Assembly: GCA_003009755.1 (NCBI GenBank)
Contig: PXUB01000025.1
Location: forward strand, 104,244 to 144,740
DNA from: Thermoplasmatales archaeon SW_10_69_26
GTDB lineage: Archaea > Thermoplasmatota > SW-10-69-26
Length of the DNA: 40,497 nt
Direction: 5' to 3'
The position numbers and the translations under genes are program-made. Shown here in pieces: positions 18,918 to 28,512 of the stretch (position 1 is the first letter of the stretch; the number at the start of each line of letters is the position of its first letter). The notes beneath the pieces are model-generated. The model was not told the origin of the DNA, ran no database searches, and saw only the letters and a program-made list of their open reading frames with translations.

Positions 18918-20504
18918 TCACCCCTGACCGAACAGGGAGCGCATCATCGGGTGCATCTCCATCATCTGTTCCTTGGCGATCTCCTCGTAGGTCCTCGATA
19001 GGATACCGATGGCGAGCAGCAGCCCGGTCCCCTGCGCGGCCCCGATCGTTCCGAACAGGGCCGCGAACGCTGCTAACACACCCAAGAGGAACCCGCTGAT
19101 GATGATCACCGACGGGATGTAGCGCTCGAGCACGCGCTCGAGGATCCGCTCGTCGCGGCGGAACCCGGGCAGCTGCATGCCCGAGTTGCGGATCTTGCCG
19201 GCGACGTCGGAGGGACCCATCGACGCGGTCTCGGCCCAGAAGATAGCGAAGATGATGCAGCCCACGATGACGGCGATCGTGTACACGATGACGTGCGCGG
19301 CGATCTGCCAGCTGGTGCGGTAGGCGGCCACGTTGGTGACCGTTTGCGCGAGCTCGGGGGCGAACAGCGGGGTGAACCAGCTGGACAGGCCCTGGATCGG
19401 GCTCACGTAGTACGCGATCCCGCTCATCGCCTGCGTGGCTGACCCTCCTGCGGCGCTTCCCGATGCTAGGAACGGGTACGATCCGACCCATTCCGCGTTC
19501 CCGACCAGTGGCAAGTTCGACAACGGACCGCTCCAGAGCAGGATGCCGATGAGGTTCACGTTCGCCAGCAGTGCCTGCACGAAGATGAGCGGGAGCACGT
19601 TCGTGTACATCAGCCGGATCGGGTACCGGCCGCGTGCCCCGCGGACGCGAGCGTGCGACAGCGGCAGCTCGACCCGCGTGCTCTCTGCGAACACGACGCC
19701 GATGAAGATGACGAACGTCGCGATGAACGACACCAAGCTGTTGGTGCCGACGAAGGCGATCTGCTCGAAACCACCCCCGGAGACGAACTGCTGTAGGGGC
19801 AGCTCCGTGGTGACGTAGAAGATCTTCGGGATCAGCCCACCGGGCGGGTTCTGGATCGGATCCAGTGCCGCGCCCGCTTGGCTGGGCAGCCACGAGAACA
19901 TCCCGGTGAACAGACCCTGAGCCACGCCAGCAACGATGAACAGCGAGACCCCGGATCCGACACCCCATTTGGAGATGATCTCGTCCATCAGGAAGATGAA
20001 GTAGCCACCCAACCCGATCTGGAGGGCGATGATCGTGCGCGCCCAGCCGGTACCGGTCCAGCCGATGAGGGCATCGCTGGGCGTCAGGAACCCGAACACT
20101 TGCGGGATCCCGGTGATCCAGATCGAGGCGAACACCAGCAGTTTCTGGGTGCCCTGGTAAATCGCCTTGTCTTCGGGGTCCTGGAGATCCAGGTCGAAGA
20201 TGTTGGCCCCCTGGAACAACTGCAAGATGATCCCACCGGTCACGATGGGACCGATCCCGAGGTGGATGATCGACCCGCTGGCACCCGCCAACACCGCGCG
20301 GAACTGCGCGAAGATGTCGACCGTGTCAGGGGCCAATCCCCAGATGATGACGTTCGAGAGGATGAAGTACGTGAGGATCACACCGGTCGTCCACAGCATC
20401 TTCGTGCGGAAGTGGACGTGACCCTCGGGCCGACTAACGGTCGGCCAGCGTTCGATGATCGGCTCGAGGTTGTAGAGCCAGGATTTGTCTTCGTCCTTGG
20501 GCAT
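18918..20504 (-). CDS. secY: Preprotein translocase subunit SecY
   Basis: LGIGPIVTG.IILQL, SKWGVGSGVSLFI, YPIRLMY, GMQLPGFRRD, GTGLLL. Confidence 0.98.
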   Translation of the reverse strand: MPKDEDKSWLYNLEPIIERWPTVSRPEGHVHFRTKMLWTTGVILTYFILSNVIIWGLAPDTVDIFAQFRAVLAGASGSIIHLGIGPIVTGGIILQLFQGANIFDLDLQDPEDKAIYQGTQKLLVFASIWITGIPQVFGFLTPSDALIGWTGTGWARTIIALQIGLGGYFIFLMDEIISKWGVGSGVSLFIVAGVAQGLFTGMFSWLPSQAGAALDPIQNPPGGLIPKIFYVTTELPLQQFVSGGGFEQIAFVGTNSLVSFIATFVIFIGVVFAESTRVELPLSHARVRGARGRYPIRLMYTNVLPLIFVQALLANVNLIGILLWSGPLSNLPLVGNAEWVGSYPFLASGSAAGGSATQAMSGIAYYVSPIQGLSSWFTPLFAPELAQTVTNVAAYRTSWQIAAHVIVYTIAVIVGCIIFAIFWAETASMGPSDVAGKIRNSGMQLPGFRRDERILERVLERYIPSVIIISGFLLGVLAAFAALFGTIGAAQGTGLLLAIGILSRTYEEIAKEQMMEMHPMMRSLFGQG

Positions 20505-20552
20505 CGGTGCACCGGACCTTGGGGGCCTTCGGGGGCAGACGGACGCTGTTAT

Positions 20553-21029
20553 TTAATCGTTCGAGGATTCCTCGCCGTCCGAGGCGTCCTCGTCGGGCTC
20601 GGTGACCTCGATCGAGCCACCGTTGGCTTCGATCTTGTCGTGGGCCTTGTCGGTCGTCTGCGGCACGCGGACCTCGTAGGTCTTGTGCACGCGCCCGGCG
20701 CCGAGCAGCTTGTCGATGCCGGCGGCTTCCAGGTCGACGACCATCGTGTCACCCTCTTCGTCGACGAAGCCCTCCTCGGCGAGGTCGTCGACCTCGTCGA
20801 GCAGATCGCCGACGTTCATCGTCACCGTCTCTTCGACGACCTCGGGCGGTCGGTTGAACCCGTGACCGCCGAAGTAGTCGGTGCCCTTCTCCTCGAACGT
20901 GGTGAGCTTGCGTGAACCGTTGGGGTTCGCGTTGCCGCGACCGCCGCGGAGGCCCGCACCTCGGCCGGCCTTCTTCCCACGGCCGTGCTCTCGGCTTCCC
21001 CGCTTCTTCTGTTTCTTCTTCTTCGCCAT
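20553..21029 (-). CDS. rpl15: 50S ribosomal protein uL15
   Basis: RGSREHGRG, GLRGGRGNA, KLLGAG, KIEANGG; GGTGA SD before ATG 21029. Confidence 0.95.
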   Translation of the reverse strand: MAKKKKQKKRGSREHGRGKKAGRGAGLRGGRGNANPNGSRKLTTFEEKGTDYFGGHGFNRPPEVVEETVTMNVGDLLDEVDDLAEEGFVDEEGDTMVVDLEAAGIDKLLGAGRVHKTYEVRVPQTTDKAHDKIEANGGSIEVTEPDEDASDGEESSND

Positions 21030-21038
21030 GATCGTCAC

Positions 21039-21503
21039 CTACAACATCCGCTCGATCAGGTCGCCGATCTCCTGGCCTCGGTACCCGAGGGAACCGCCCT
21101 CGTTCACGTGGCGCTTCGTGTTCGTCAGGCCACCCCGGGCGGGGGCGAGTCGGAACACGGGCTTGATGCTGTCGAGGTGGGCCACGTCGGCCTCGCCCTC
21201 GGCGAGCGCCTCGGCGAGATCGCTGAGGTTGCCGTGTTCGGTCTCTTCGTCCACGTGATCGTCGGTGAGGGGGTCGCCGCCGCGGATGCGCCCGCGCTCG
21301 GCGAGCAGCTCCTCGGCGGTCTCGGGGGTGAGCTCTCCGTAGGTCACGAAGTGCTCGACCCTGTTGAGCATGCCCTCGTACTCGTCGGTCTCCGGCACGA
21401 TCGTGGCGTGGTTCACCTTCAGCAGGCGAAGGCTCTCCAGCGTCTTCTTCTGGTCGTGGCGGAGCTTGGTCTGGCCGCGAAGACGGATGACGGCGTAGCT
21501 CAT
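21039..21503 (-). CDS. rpl30: 50S ribosomal protein uL30
   Basis: [26 protein letters not shown]. Confidence 0.96.
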   Translation of the reverse strand: MSYAVIRLRGQTKLRHDQKKTLESLRLLKVNHATIVPETDEYEGMLNRVEHFVTYGELTPETAEELLAERGRIRGGDPLTDDHVDEETEHGNLSDLAEALAEGEADVAHLDSIKPVFRLAPARGGLTNTKRHVNEGGSLGYRGQEIGDLIERML

Positions 21504-22252
21504 CCGCCCTCACCTCCACCGGCTCCTGCACCGGTGGCTTCGGCCTCGACCTGCTGGCCGCTGTCGCCCTGGCCGCGCGGTTGCACGGCCGGGCCCTCGA
21601 TGATGCTGAGCCGCTGCTGGACGTGGTCCTGCACGCGGAGCTTCGAGGTCTCGCGGAGGGCTTGGAACGTCGCCTTCGCGAAGTTCACGGTCGTGCGAGT
21701 CTGGCCTTCCGAGAACGTCCAGATGTCCTCGATGCCAGCCAGCTCGAGCACCTGTTGGCAGACCTGGCCGGCGGCGAGCCCGGTCCCTTGCGGGGCGGGC
21801 TTGAGCGTGACGTTGACGCTGCCGGCGCGCCCGATGACCTCGAACGGGACCGAGGTGGGCGGCGCGTCGGGGCCGGACTCCCAGGAACCGGAGCCGCGGC
21901 GGACCATGAGCATGTTCAGCTTGGCCTGGTCGATGGCTCGGCGGATGGTCGGACCGACCTCGCGGCCCTTCTCCTGGCCGAGGCCGACGATGCCGTCACG
22001 GTTGCCGACGACGGCGACGACGAGGAAGCGCACGCGGCGACCGGAGTCGGTCATCCGCTGCACCATGTTGACGTCGATCACGTCGTCCTCGATGCCGGGC
22101 ATCAGGGAGTCGACGATCTCGGGCTCGCGCAGGGGGAGACCCGACGTCAGAACCTCCGGCATCGTGGACAGCTCGCCCTCGTTGACGAGGCGGCCCAGCT
22201 TGGTCCGAGGCTCCCAATCAGCGATGTCGCGGTCTCGGGGATCCTTCCTCAT
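21500..22252 (-). CDS. rps5: 30S ribosomal protein uS5
   Basis: [36 protein letters not shown]. Confidence 0.97.
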   Translation of the reverse strand: MRKDPRDRDIADWEPRTKLGRLVNEGELSTMPEVLTSGLPLREPEIVDSLMPGIEDDVIDVNMVQRMTDSGRRVRFLVVAVVGNRDGIVGLGQEKGREVGPTIRRAIDQAKLNMLMVRRGSGSWESGPDAPPTSVPFEVIGRAGSVNVTLKPAPQGTGLAAGQVCQQVLELAGIEDIWTFSEGQTRTTVNFAKATFQALRETSKLRVQDHVQQRLSIIEGPAVQPRGQGDSGQQVEAEATGAGAGGGEGG

Positions 22253-22755
22253 GCGGAACCCTCCTCGATCGTCTCACGGGCGTCTTCGGTCATCGATACG
22301 GTCTCCTCGTCGATGTGGGCGCCCAGGTGGCGGTCTCCCTCGGGGAGGATGTCCTCTCCGTGGGGGACCTCGACGTCAGCGTCGAGGATGCCTTTGAGCG
22401 CCGTGAACACCGCGCTCCCGGCCTCGGGCTTGTGCCGGCCGATGTCGAGCACGGCCTCCTCGATCCCGGCTTCGCGGGCGCGGACGCCCGCCAGGTAGCC
22501 GGTGAGGTAGGCGGCGGGGAGGTTGCCGGTGTGGCCCTCCCAGCCGTGTTGCTCGAGCTCGTGTGCGGTCGCCTGCGTGCGGACGACGTCGCCTTCCGGG
22601 TCGTAGTCCACGAACTGAACGATCGCGTTGTTGGACTGCTTGCGGACGACGGCGCGCGTCTCCCCGGATTTCAGCAGGGAAAGGCGTTTCTCGTAGTCTG
22701 TGCGGCCCTCCCGCCGTCGGCGGTGGGGGACGCGATACGTGGGTCCATCGGCCAT
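22249..22755 (-). CDS. rpl18: 50S ribosomal protein uL18
   Basis: [33 protein letters not shown]. Confidence 0.97.
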   Translation of the reverse strand: MADGPTYRVPHRRRREGRTDYEKRLSLLKSGETRAVVRKQSNNAIVQFVDYDPEGDVVRTQATAHELEQHGWEGHTGNLPAAYLTGYLAGVRAREAGIEEAVLDIGRHKPEAGSAVFTALKGILDADVEVPHGEDILPEGDRHLGAHIDEETVSMTEDARETIEEGSA

Positions 22756-23240
22756 CAGGCCTCGACCTCCTTGAGCTGCTCGACCTCGTCTTCGCTCAGC
22801 ACGTCGTCGATGACGAGGTGGTTGAGCAGGTGGCGGCGTGAATCGTACAGGCCTCCGTTGGCACGCTTGTAGTACGTGCGGTAGGTGGACGAGTCGATGT
22901 AATCCTCGTCACGGAGGGTCTTGAGCTGGTCGCGGATCGCTCGGATCCGCTTCTTCCAGTCGTCCTTCTCGGGGTTGCGGGCACCCTTGGAGCCTTGCCG
23001 GCTCCCGGGACCGCGTTGGCGGCCCTTCTCGCGCTGTTCGTCGCGATCGCGGGCGCGACCACGCGAGGTGCCGTCGGCTTCCTTCTTCTGGATGACGTCC
23101 TGGTCGATCAGCCGGCGGATGTCCTCACGGGTGATCGCGGTGGCGACCTCCTCCTGTTCCAGCGGGTCGATCCAGACGCGGTTCTCACCGCAGTCCAACA
23201 GCTCGGCAGCCATGCGTTTCTGGACGCGGAGATCGCTCAC
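22755..23240 (-). CDS. rpl19e: 50S ribosomal protein eL19
   Basis: QKRMAA.LL.CG.NRVWIDP, GPGSR.G.KGAR; GTG start overlaps rpl32e stop. Confidence 0.96.
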   Translation of the reverse strand: MSDLRVQKRMAAELLDCGENRVWIDPLEQEEVATAITREDIRRLIDQDVIQKKEADGTSRGRARDRDEQREKGRQRGPGSRQGSKGARNPEKDDWKKRIRAIRDQLKTLRDEDYIDSSTYRTYYKRANGGLYDSRRHLLNHLVIDDVLSEDEVEQLKEVEA

Positions 23241-23959
23241 TTGGATACCTCCCCGGGGTTGAGGACGTGGATGCCCTTCTCCTGGGCTTGTTCGATGATC
23301 TTGATCTTCTTCCGCTTGCCGACACCGGACGCGATCCGGGCGGCCTCCGTGTCGGGATCGAGCTCGTCGAGGTCGTCCGTGTTGTGCACGAGCACGTCCT
23401 CGAACCCGCTCGGGTGCAGGCCGCGGGCTTTCTTGGGCCCGCGGTAGCCGACCTTCACGCGCTTGGGGGCGTGCTTCTTGTCCTCGCGCATCTTCGAATG
23501 GGTGCCGCGAGGCTTGCGGTAGGAGTGGTCCTTGTCGAAGCGGGGGAACTGCCACCAGTTGCGTCGGACGAAGCGCGGCTGGGCGTCCTTGATCCTCTTG
23601 CGGATCTCGAGCGCCCGCTCGGTCGCCTCGTCCAGGTCCGGCTTCGGCTTGGGGATGTGCTCGTCTTCCTCGACGATCTCGGCGGCCTCTTCGGGTTCGG
23701 CCTCCTCCTCGTCGGTCTCCTCGACGATCTCGACCTCGGGTTCGGGCTCCTCGGTCTCGAGGTCAGCGATCCCTTGGAGGATCGCATCGGCGAGCTTGGG
23801 GCCGACACCGTCGACGTCGTCGGCGAGCTCCTCGGCGGAGGACTCGCGGACCTCGTCGATGGAACGGTAACCGGCGTCCCAGAGGGCCTCGGCCTTGGCG
23901 TCGCCGACGCCCGGGAGTTGGGAGATCGTCTCGATGAACTCGTCTTGATCGTCGGTCAT
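23237..23959 (-). CDS. rpl32e: 50S ribosomal protein eL32 with N-terminal helix-hairpin-helix domain
   Basis: RKPRG.HSKMR, GYRGPK.ARGLHPSG, IASGVG.RKK, VLN; N-terminal LPGVG/VDGVG hairpins. Confidence 0.95.
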   Translation of the reverse strand: MTDDQDEFIETISQLPGVGDAKAEALWDAGYRSIDEVRESSAEELADDVDGVGPKLADAILQGIADLETEEPEPEVEIVEETDEEEAEPEEAAEIVEEDEHIPKPKPDLDEATERALEIRKRIKDAQPRFVRRNWWQFPRFDKDHSYRKPRGTHSKMREDKKHAPKRVKVGYRGPKKARGLHPSGFEDVLVHNTDDLDELDPDTEAARIASGVGKRKKIKIIEQAQEKGIHVLNPGEVSK

Positions 23960-23964
23960 GGTGA

Positions 23965-24510
23965 TCAGCTCGGCTTCCTGATGAGGTAGATGCCGTCTTG
24001 GAAGACGCGCGGGTCGTATCCGGAGGTGTCGGTGGCGCGCTCGATGTTGACGGCCGTTTGGCCGACGTGTTCCTTGTTCGCGCCTCGAACGAGCACGTCC
24101 TCGCCGGAGACCTCGACGTCGGTGTCGCCGAGGATGTCGGCGCGGCGGGCCGCTTTCTCGCCGAGGAAGTTGTCGATCACGACCTGGTCACCTTCGACCC
24201 GGGCCTTGATCGGGAAGTGGCTGGAGACGACGCGGAGCTCGGCCTCGAAGCCTTCGCCGGCGCCTTTCACCATGTTGCGGACGTGGCCGGCGAAGGTGCC
24301 GACCAGCGCGGCGACGGGTCGCGTCGGTTGCTCGGCCAGGACGACGACCTCGTCGTCCTCGACCGTGATCTCGATCTCGGGATGGGGGAGCGTGCGCTCG
24401 GTCCGACCTTCGGGTCCGTCGACAGTCACCTCGTCGTCGTCGACAGTGACGGTGACGCCGTCGGGCAGATCGACCGTTCGTCGCTCGACCGGGATGGAAC
24501 TCACCTTCAT
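23965..24510 (-). CDS. rpl6: 50S ribosomal protein uL6 (start 24504-24513)
   Basis: SHFPI, NFLGEK, VGQTA.NIE, DPRVFQDGIY. Confidence 0.97.
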   Translation of the reverse strand: MKVSSIPVERRTVDLPDGVTVTVDDDEVTVDGPEGRTERTLPHPEIEITVEDDEVVVLAEQPTRPVAALVGTFAGHVRNMVKGAGEGFEAELRVVSSHFPIKARVEGDQVVIDNFLGEKAARRADILGDTDVEVSGEDVLVRGANKEHVGQTAVNIERATDTSGYDPRVFQDGIYLIRKPS

Positions 24511-24514
24511 CACC

Positions 24515-24904
24515 TCAGTACACGAACGCGAGGAGCTTGCCGCCGACCCCGAGGTCCTTGGCCTCGTTGTGGTCGACGACGCCCTCGGTCGTCGTTAGGA
24601 TCAGTTTGCCGAAGTCTCGACCGGGGAGATATCGGGACTCCCACTGCTCGAGATCGTCGGTTGGTACGCTGAAGCGGGGTCGGATGACACCGCACTCGTT
24701 GACGTTGCCGTTGAGTTCGACGCGATAACTGCCGGAGCGGTGGTCCTCGACCGTCTCGTAGGAGCCGATGTAACCGGCCTCCCGCATGACGTCGAGGATG
24801 TTGCCCAGCAGGTTGCTGGCGGGTTGGATCTCGCACTCACCGAGCCCGGATTGCTCGGCGTTGCGGATGCTGCTCAGCGCGTCGGCGATCGGGTCCTGCG
24901 TCAT
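24515..24904 (-). CDS. rps8: 30S ribosomal protein uS8
   Basis: DPIADAL..IRNAE, CGVI.PRF, GVGGKLLAFVY. Confidence 0.97.
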   Translation of the reverse strand: MTQDPIADALSSIRNAEQSGLGECEIQPASNLLGNILDVMREAGYIGSYETVEDHRSGSYRVELNGNVNECGVIRPRFSVPTDDLEQWESRYLPGRDFGKLILTTTEGVVDHNEAKDLGVGGKLLAFVY

Positions 24905-24913
24905 CCTGGCACC

Positions 24914-25069
24914 TCAACTGTACTTCTCGAAGCCGAGTTCGCGCGCCGTCTCCCGGAAGCACTGACGGCACAGGTAGAGGCCGTATCGGCGGATCAGGCC
25001 TCGGTGTCGTCCGCAGCGCTTGCATCGGTTGAAGCCGCGTCCGAACGGCTTGGTCGGTCCATCCGTCAT
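24914..25069 (-). CDS. rps14: 30S ribosomal protein uS14 (zinc-finger type; not in ORF track)
   Basis: Translated by hand: [51 protein letters not shown]. Confidence 0.96.
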   Translation of the reverse strand: MTDGPTKPFGRGFNRCKRCGRHRGLIRRYGLYLCRQCFRETARELGFEKYS

Positions 25070-25070
25070 C

Positions 25071-25589
25071 TCAGATCACCTCAACGTCGAACTCGTCTTC
25101 CATCAGATCCATCGCGTCCTCCCAGTGGACACGCTGCTTGTCACCGACCCGGTTGGACCGGATGCGGCGCTTCTCGACGCGCTTTCCGGGACGCTCCAGC
25201 ACGACGGTCACGTCGAGACCGAAGATCCCCACGTCGGGGTCGTAGCTCATCTTCTCGAAGTCGGTGTGGTCGTCCACACCGAACGAGACGTTCCCGTTGT
25301 CGTCGAACGCCCAACCGGGCAGCCGGTGGGCGCGCGTGAACAGCGCTTCGTCGAGGAACTCCTCGGCCTTGTCGCGGCGCAGCGTCACCTTGACGCCGAC
25401 CTCTTGGCCTCGGCGGATGCCGAAGCCAGCGGCCTTCTTGCCGGCCGTCGTGCGGACGGGTTGGCGACCGGTGAGCTCCTGGAGCAGCTCCTCGGCCTGG
25501 ATGAGCCGCTCGCCGGCCTCGCCGACGCCGATGTTGACGACGACCTTCTCGATGCGGACCTGCCGCATCGGGTTCTCCGTTTCAGCCAT
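25071..25589 (-). CDS. rpl5: 50S ribosomal protein uL5
   Basis: [38 protein letters not shown]. Confidence 0.97.
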   Translation of the reverse strand: MAETENPMRQVRIEKVVVNIGVGEAGERLIQAEELLQELTGRQPVRTTAGKKAAGFGIRRGQEVGVKVTLRRDKAEEFLDEALFTRAHRLPGWAFDDNGNVSFGVDDHTDFEKMSYDPDVGIFGLDVTVVLERPGKRVEKRRIRSNRVGDKQRVHWEDAMDLMEDEFDVEVI

Positions 25590-26298
25590 GGAACTCGGCC
25601 TCCGGGATCTCGATCTCGGGTTCGTCAGCGCCGACCACGAAGACGTACTCCTCGATCGTTTGGAACGACTCCTCGTTCTCGAGGGAGACGAGGTTCGGCG
25701 CACTGGAGCGTACGACCCTGTGGCCGGTCACTTCGGCCGCTTGGCCGATGTGCGTGCCTCCGGTGACGTACACGGGAGCGCCATCGTCGAGGGGGAAGTG
25801 GTCAGCGATGTCTTGATCGGGAAGCGTGATACGGATGACGTCGCCCGTGGAGTAGGTGTCCTCCTTGACGACCACGTTGCGGCCGTCGTGAAGGTTGAGC
25901 TGCGTGTTCCCACCGGGAACCTGCGTCTTGTCCTCGATGCGGGCCAGCTTGCTTTTGGCCTCGTCCTCGTCGATCGCGAGGAGAGCGATCCGGCCGTGCT
26001 GGTCGTAGAGGACGCGGTAGTGGTCCTCGGCATCGGGGATGGAGACGACGTCCATGAAGCCCAGACCGCGGCGGTGGTCGCTGCAGGGGCGCCCGTCGAC
26101 GAGGACGCGCCCGTCGGCGACGGCCTGCTTGGCCTCGCGAGCCTCGTCGGCGACCTCCAGCAGGTTGCGGACGGCGGCGACGAGCGGGAGCGCCTCGGAC
26201 GTGGCGTGGGGGCCACGCGGGTGCGGGGCCCAGGTCTGGTCCTTCTTCGGGATGTTCCAACGGTTGGGCTGGGCGAGTCGCTTGACGTGTTTGCTCAG
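25582..26298 (-). CDS. rps4e: 30S ribosomal protein eS4, apparently starting at CTG
   Basis: In-frame (C)TG-SKHVKRLAQPNRWNIPKK...PRGPH upstream of the tracked ORF; G.MDV, QLNLHDGRN, GGTHIG, YVFVVG. Confidence 0.95.
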   Translation of the reverse strand: MSKHVKRLAQPNRWNIPKKDQTWAPHPRGPHATSEALPLVAAVRNLLEVADEAREAKQAVADGRVLVDGRPCSDHRRGLGFMDVVSIPDAEDHYRVLYDQHGRIALLAIDEDEAKSKLARIEDKTQVPGGNTQLNLHDGRNVVVKEDTYSTGDVIRITLPDQDIADHFPLDDGAPVYVTGGTHIGQAAEVTGHRVVRSSAPNLVSLENEESFQTIEEYVFVVGADEPEIEIPEAEFHG

Positions 26299-26894
26299 GA
26301 CGATCCCTCCTTCGTGGGTTCGTCGGTCGTGTCCTCGGCCTCGTCGGCCTCGGGATCAGGGGATCCCTCGTCGGCGTCGGGCTCGGTGGCGGACGCGGTG
26401 TCCTCGTCGGCCGCGACGTCCTCGGGGTGTCCGGTCGAGGGCTCGGGCTCCTCGTCCTCGCCGGCGTCCTCGGAGGGTTCGGCCTCCTCGGGCTCCGGCT
26501 CGGGTTCGGGCTCCTCGACGCTGACGCCCTTGCGCTCGATCTTCGCCCGTCGGCGGGGATCGGTGAGGTCGAGCTCGGTGATGCGGACGTTGGATGGGTG
26601 GATGGGGCGAGCGACCTGGCTGCCGTCGGCGCTCCGGTTGACTGCGCCGTCCACCTCTACGTATTGATCGTCGTAGTCGATCTCGAGCACCTCGCCCTCG
26701 TGCCCGGCGAAGTCGCCGCGCATGATCTCGACCTGGTCGCCCGTGCGGATCGCCATCGAGCGGCGATCGTACTCGAGCATCAGGTCCTCGTCGAGGTGGG
26801 CGCTCATCATCTCACGGCGCCGGTGCTGAGGTGCGTGAGCCTGGGCCTTGCGTTGCTTGGCGGGTTGCCGGGAACGGTCGTTGTCGTCAGGCAT
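26295..26894 (-). CDS. rpl24: 50S ribosomal protein uL24 with long acidic C-terminal tail
   Basis: SRQP.KQRK, GDQVEIMRGDF.G, IHPSNV.IT.L. Confidence 0.96.
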   Translation of the reverse strand: MPDDNDRSRQPAKQRKAQAHAPQHRRREMMSAHLDEDLMLEYDRRSMAIRTGDQVEIMRGDFAGHEGEVLEIDYDDQYVEVDGAVNRSADGSQVARPIHPSNVRITELDLTDPRRRAKIERKGVSVEEPEPEPEPEEAEPSEDAGEDEEPEPSTGHPEDVAADEDTASATEPDADEGSPDPEADEAEDTTDEPTKEGSS

Positions 26895-26903
26895 CGACTC
26901 ACC

Positions 26904-27302
26904 TCACACGATGTTGCTAGCGAGCGCGCCCACGCGCGGCCACCGTTCGGCGGCCTCGCGGGCCACGGGGCCCTTGATGTCGGACCCGCGCGTCTCGCCG
27001 GTCTCGGTCACGATCACAGCGGCGTTGTCCTCGAAGCGGACCATCGTTCCGTCCGGCCGGCGGAACGGTCGGCGGGCGCGGACGACGACGGCCTTGTGAA
27101 GCTGACGGCGCATCTCGGGGGTTCCCTTCTTGACGGCGACGATGACCTGATCGCTGACGGCCGCGGAGGGGTTGCGTCGGTGGACGTCGCCCTTCCGCGG
27201 GACCGTCACGATCTCGACGACCTTCGCGCCGGTGTTGTCGACGCAATCGAGGTTGGCGCCGACGGGGAGCCCGCGCGTTTGCGTGCCGGGGATGCCTTCC
27301 AT
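26904..27302 (-). CDS. rpl14: 50S ribosomal protein uL14
   Basis: DNTGAK, VKKGTPEMR, FEDNAAVI, IKGPVAREAA.RWP. Confidence 0.97.
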   Translation of the reverse strand: MEGIPGTQTRGLPVGANLDCVDNTGAKVVEIVTVPRKGDVHRRNPSAAVSDQVIVAVKKGTPEMRRQLHKAVVVRARRPFRRPDGTMVRFEDNAAVIVTETGETRGSDIKGPVAREAAERWPRVGALASNIV

Positions 27303-27739
27303 CAGGCCTCACCTCCGGCGGTGGGGGCTTCGGCTTCCTCTTCGTCCTCGTCTTCCTCGTCCTCCTCGTCATCGAACGTGGGGGCCTGGGCCTCCTCGCC
27401 GGTGATGCGCGCCTCGGCCTCGCGGGTCTCGACGACGACGAAGCTCTTCGTCTTCGAGAGGGGTCGGCATTCGGCGATCGTCACTTGATCGCCGGCCGTG
27501 ACCTCCATGCAGGGAGGAAGATGGACGTTCGTGCGGCTGGTGCGCTTCTCGAAACGCTCGAAGCGAGGGAGCTTCCACAACCGCTCGCGCTCCACGATGA
27601 TGGTCTTCTCTGCGTCGACCTTGGCCACGCGGCCATCCAGAACCTGGCCGCGGACCGGAAGGGTACCGTGGAAGGGGCAGTTGTCGTCCTCGCACGTCTG
27701 TTCGGGCGCCTCAACGTCGAGTCCGATGTCGCGGGTCAT
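27302..27739 (-). CDS. rps17: 30S ribosomal protein uS17 with acidic tail
   Basis: IGLDV..P...C.D.NCPFHG.L.VRG, ECRPLSKTK.F. Confidence 0.97.
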   Translation of the reverse strand: MTRDIGLDVEAPEQTCEDDNCPFHGTLPVRGQVLDGRVAKVDAEKTIIVERERLWKLPRFERFEKRTSRTNVHLPPCMEVTAGDQVTIAECRPLSKTKSFVVVETREAEARITGEEAQAPTFDDEEDEEDEDEEEAEAPTAGGEA

Positions 27740-28026
27740 CGATCCACCTTCGCCTTCTTGACCCGGTCCTCGGGTCGGTGGGCGATCTCGTTGCCGTCCA
27801 GGAGGACCTCGCGGTCCTCGAGGGGGAAAGCGAACTGTTGACCGGGCTTGCCGACGATGCGTCGGCTGGAGCCCGACTGAAGGGTAAGCGTGTTCTTCGT
27901 CTCGTCGACGATCTCGCCTGTCGTACCGGTCAGCGAGGGGTCGTCCGAGGATGTGATACGGACCTCGCGGCCGATCAGGCGGCCGCGAGCCAGGCATCGA
28001 GCGAGCGCGTCACCGGATCTCTGCAT
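27736..28026 (-). CDS. rnp1: Ribonuclease P protein component 1 (Rpp29/Pop4)
   Basis: LIG.EV.I, G..G.IVDETKNTL, G.EI..RPEDR; conserved position. Confidence 0.9.
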   Translation of the reverse strand: MQRSGDALARCLARGRLIGREVRITSSDDPSLTGTTGEIVDETKNTLTLQSGSSRRIVGKPGQQFAFPLEDREVLLDGNEIAHRPEDRVKKAKVDR

Positions 28027-28306
28027 GGAATCCCATCTCCTCGAGTTCGTCTTGCACTTTCTCGGTGTGCTCGCCCTGAAGCTCGATGTTACCGTCTTTG
28101 TAGGAGCCACCGCAGGCGCAGGCGCTTTTCAGGTCCACCGTGAGGGACTTGACGTCGATGTCGTCGGGGTTGAGTCCCTTCACGATCGTGACCGTCTTGC
28201 CGTAGCGCCGGGTGGTCGTGGTGATCGTGATCTCTTGCTGTTCGCGGGCGATCTCCTCGCAGACGCAGATCTCCTTCGGGAGACCGCAGGTGTCGCAAAC
28301 GCTCAT
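28010..28306 (-). CDS. sui1: Translation initiation factor aIF1/SUI1 homologue
   Basis: CDTCGLP..IC.CE.I, RRYGK.VT, LKS.CACGG, IELQG.H. Confidence 0.95.
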   Translation of the reverse strand: MSVCDTCGLPKEICVCEEIAREQQEITITTTTRRYGKTVTIVKGLNPDDIDVKSLTVDLKSACACGGSYKDGNIELQGEHTEKVQDELEEMGFHAEIR

Positions 28307-28512
28307 GACGTACCTCGCTCGTCGGAGCGTTTCTCGTTCGCGATCGTCTTGATCCGGGCGACCGTCTTGCGGAGCTCTTTGATGCGGCCGGGGTCGGGCG
28401 GTTGACCGCCCATCGCAGCCACGCCGCGTTCGTGCATGAGCTCCTGCTGCATGTCGCGGAGCTCCTCTTCGAGCTCGTCCAAGGTGAGGTCACGGAGCTC
28501 GTCGGCGTTCAC
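28303..28512 (-). CDS. rpl29: 50S ribosomal protein uL29
   Basis: ELRDLT, PGRIKELRKTVARIKT. Confidence 0.95.
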   Translation of the reverse strand: MNADELRDLTLDELEEELRDMQQELMHERGVAAMGGQPPDPGRIKELRKTVARIKTIANEKRSDERGTS

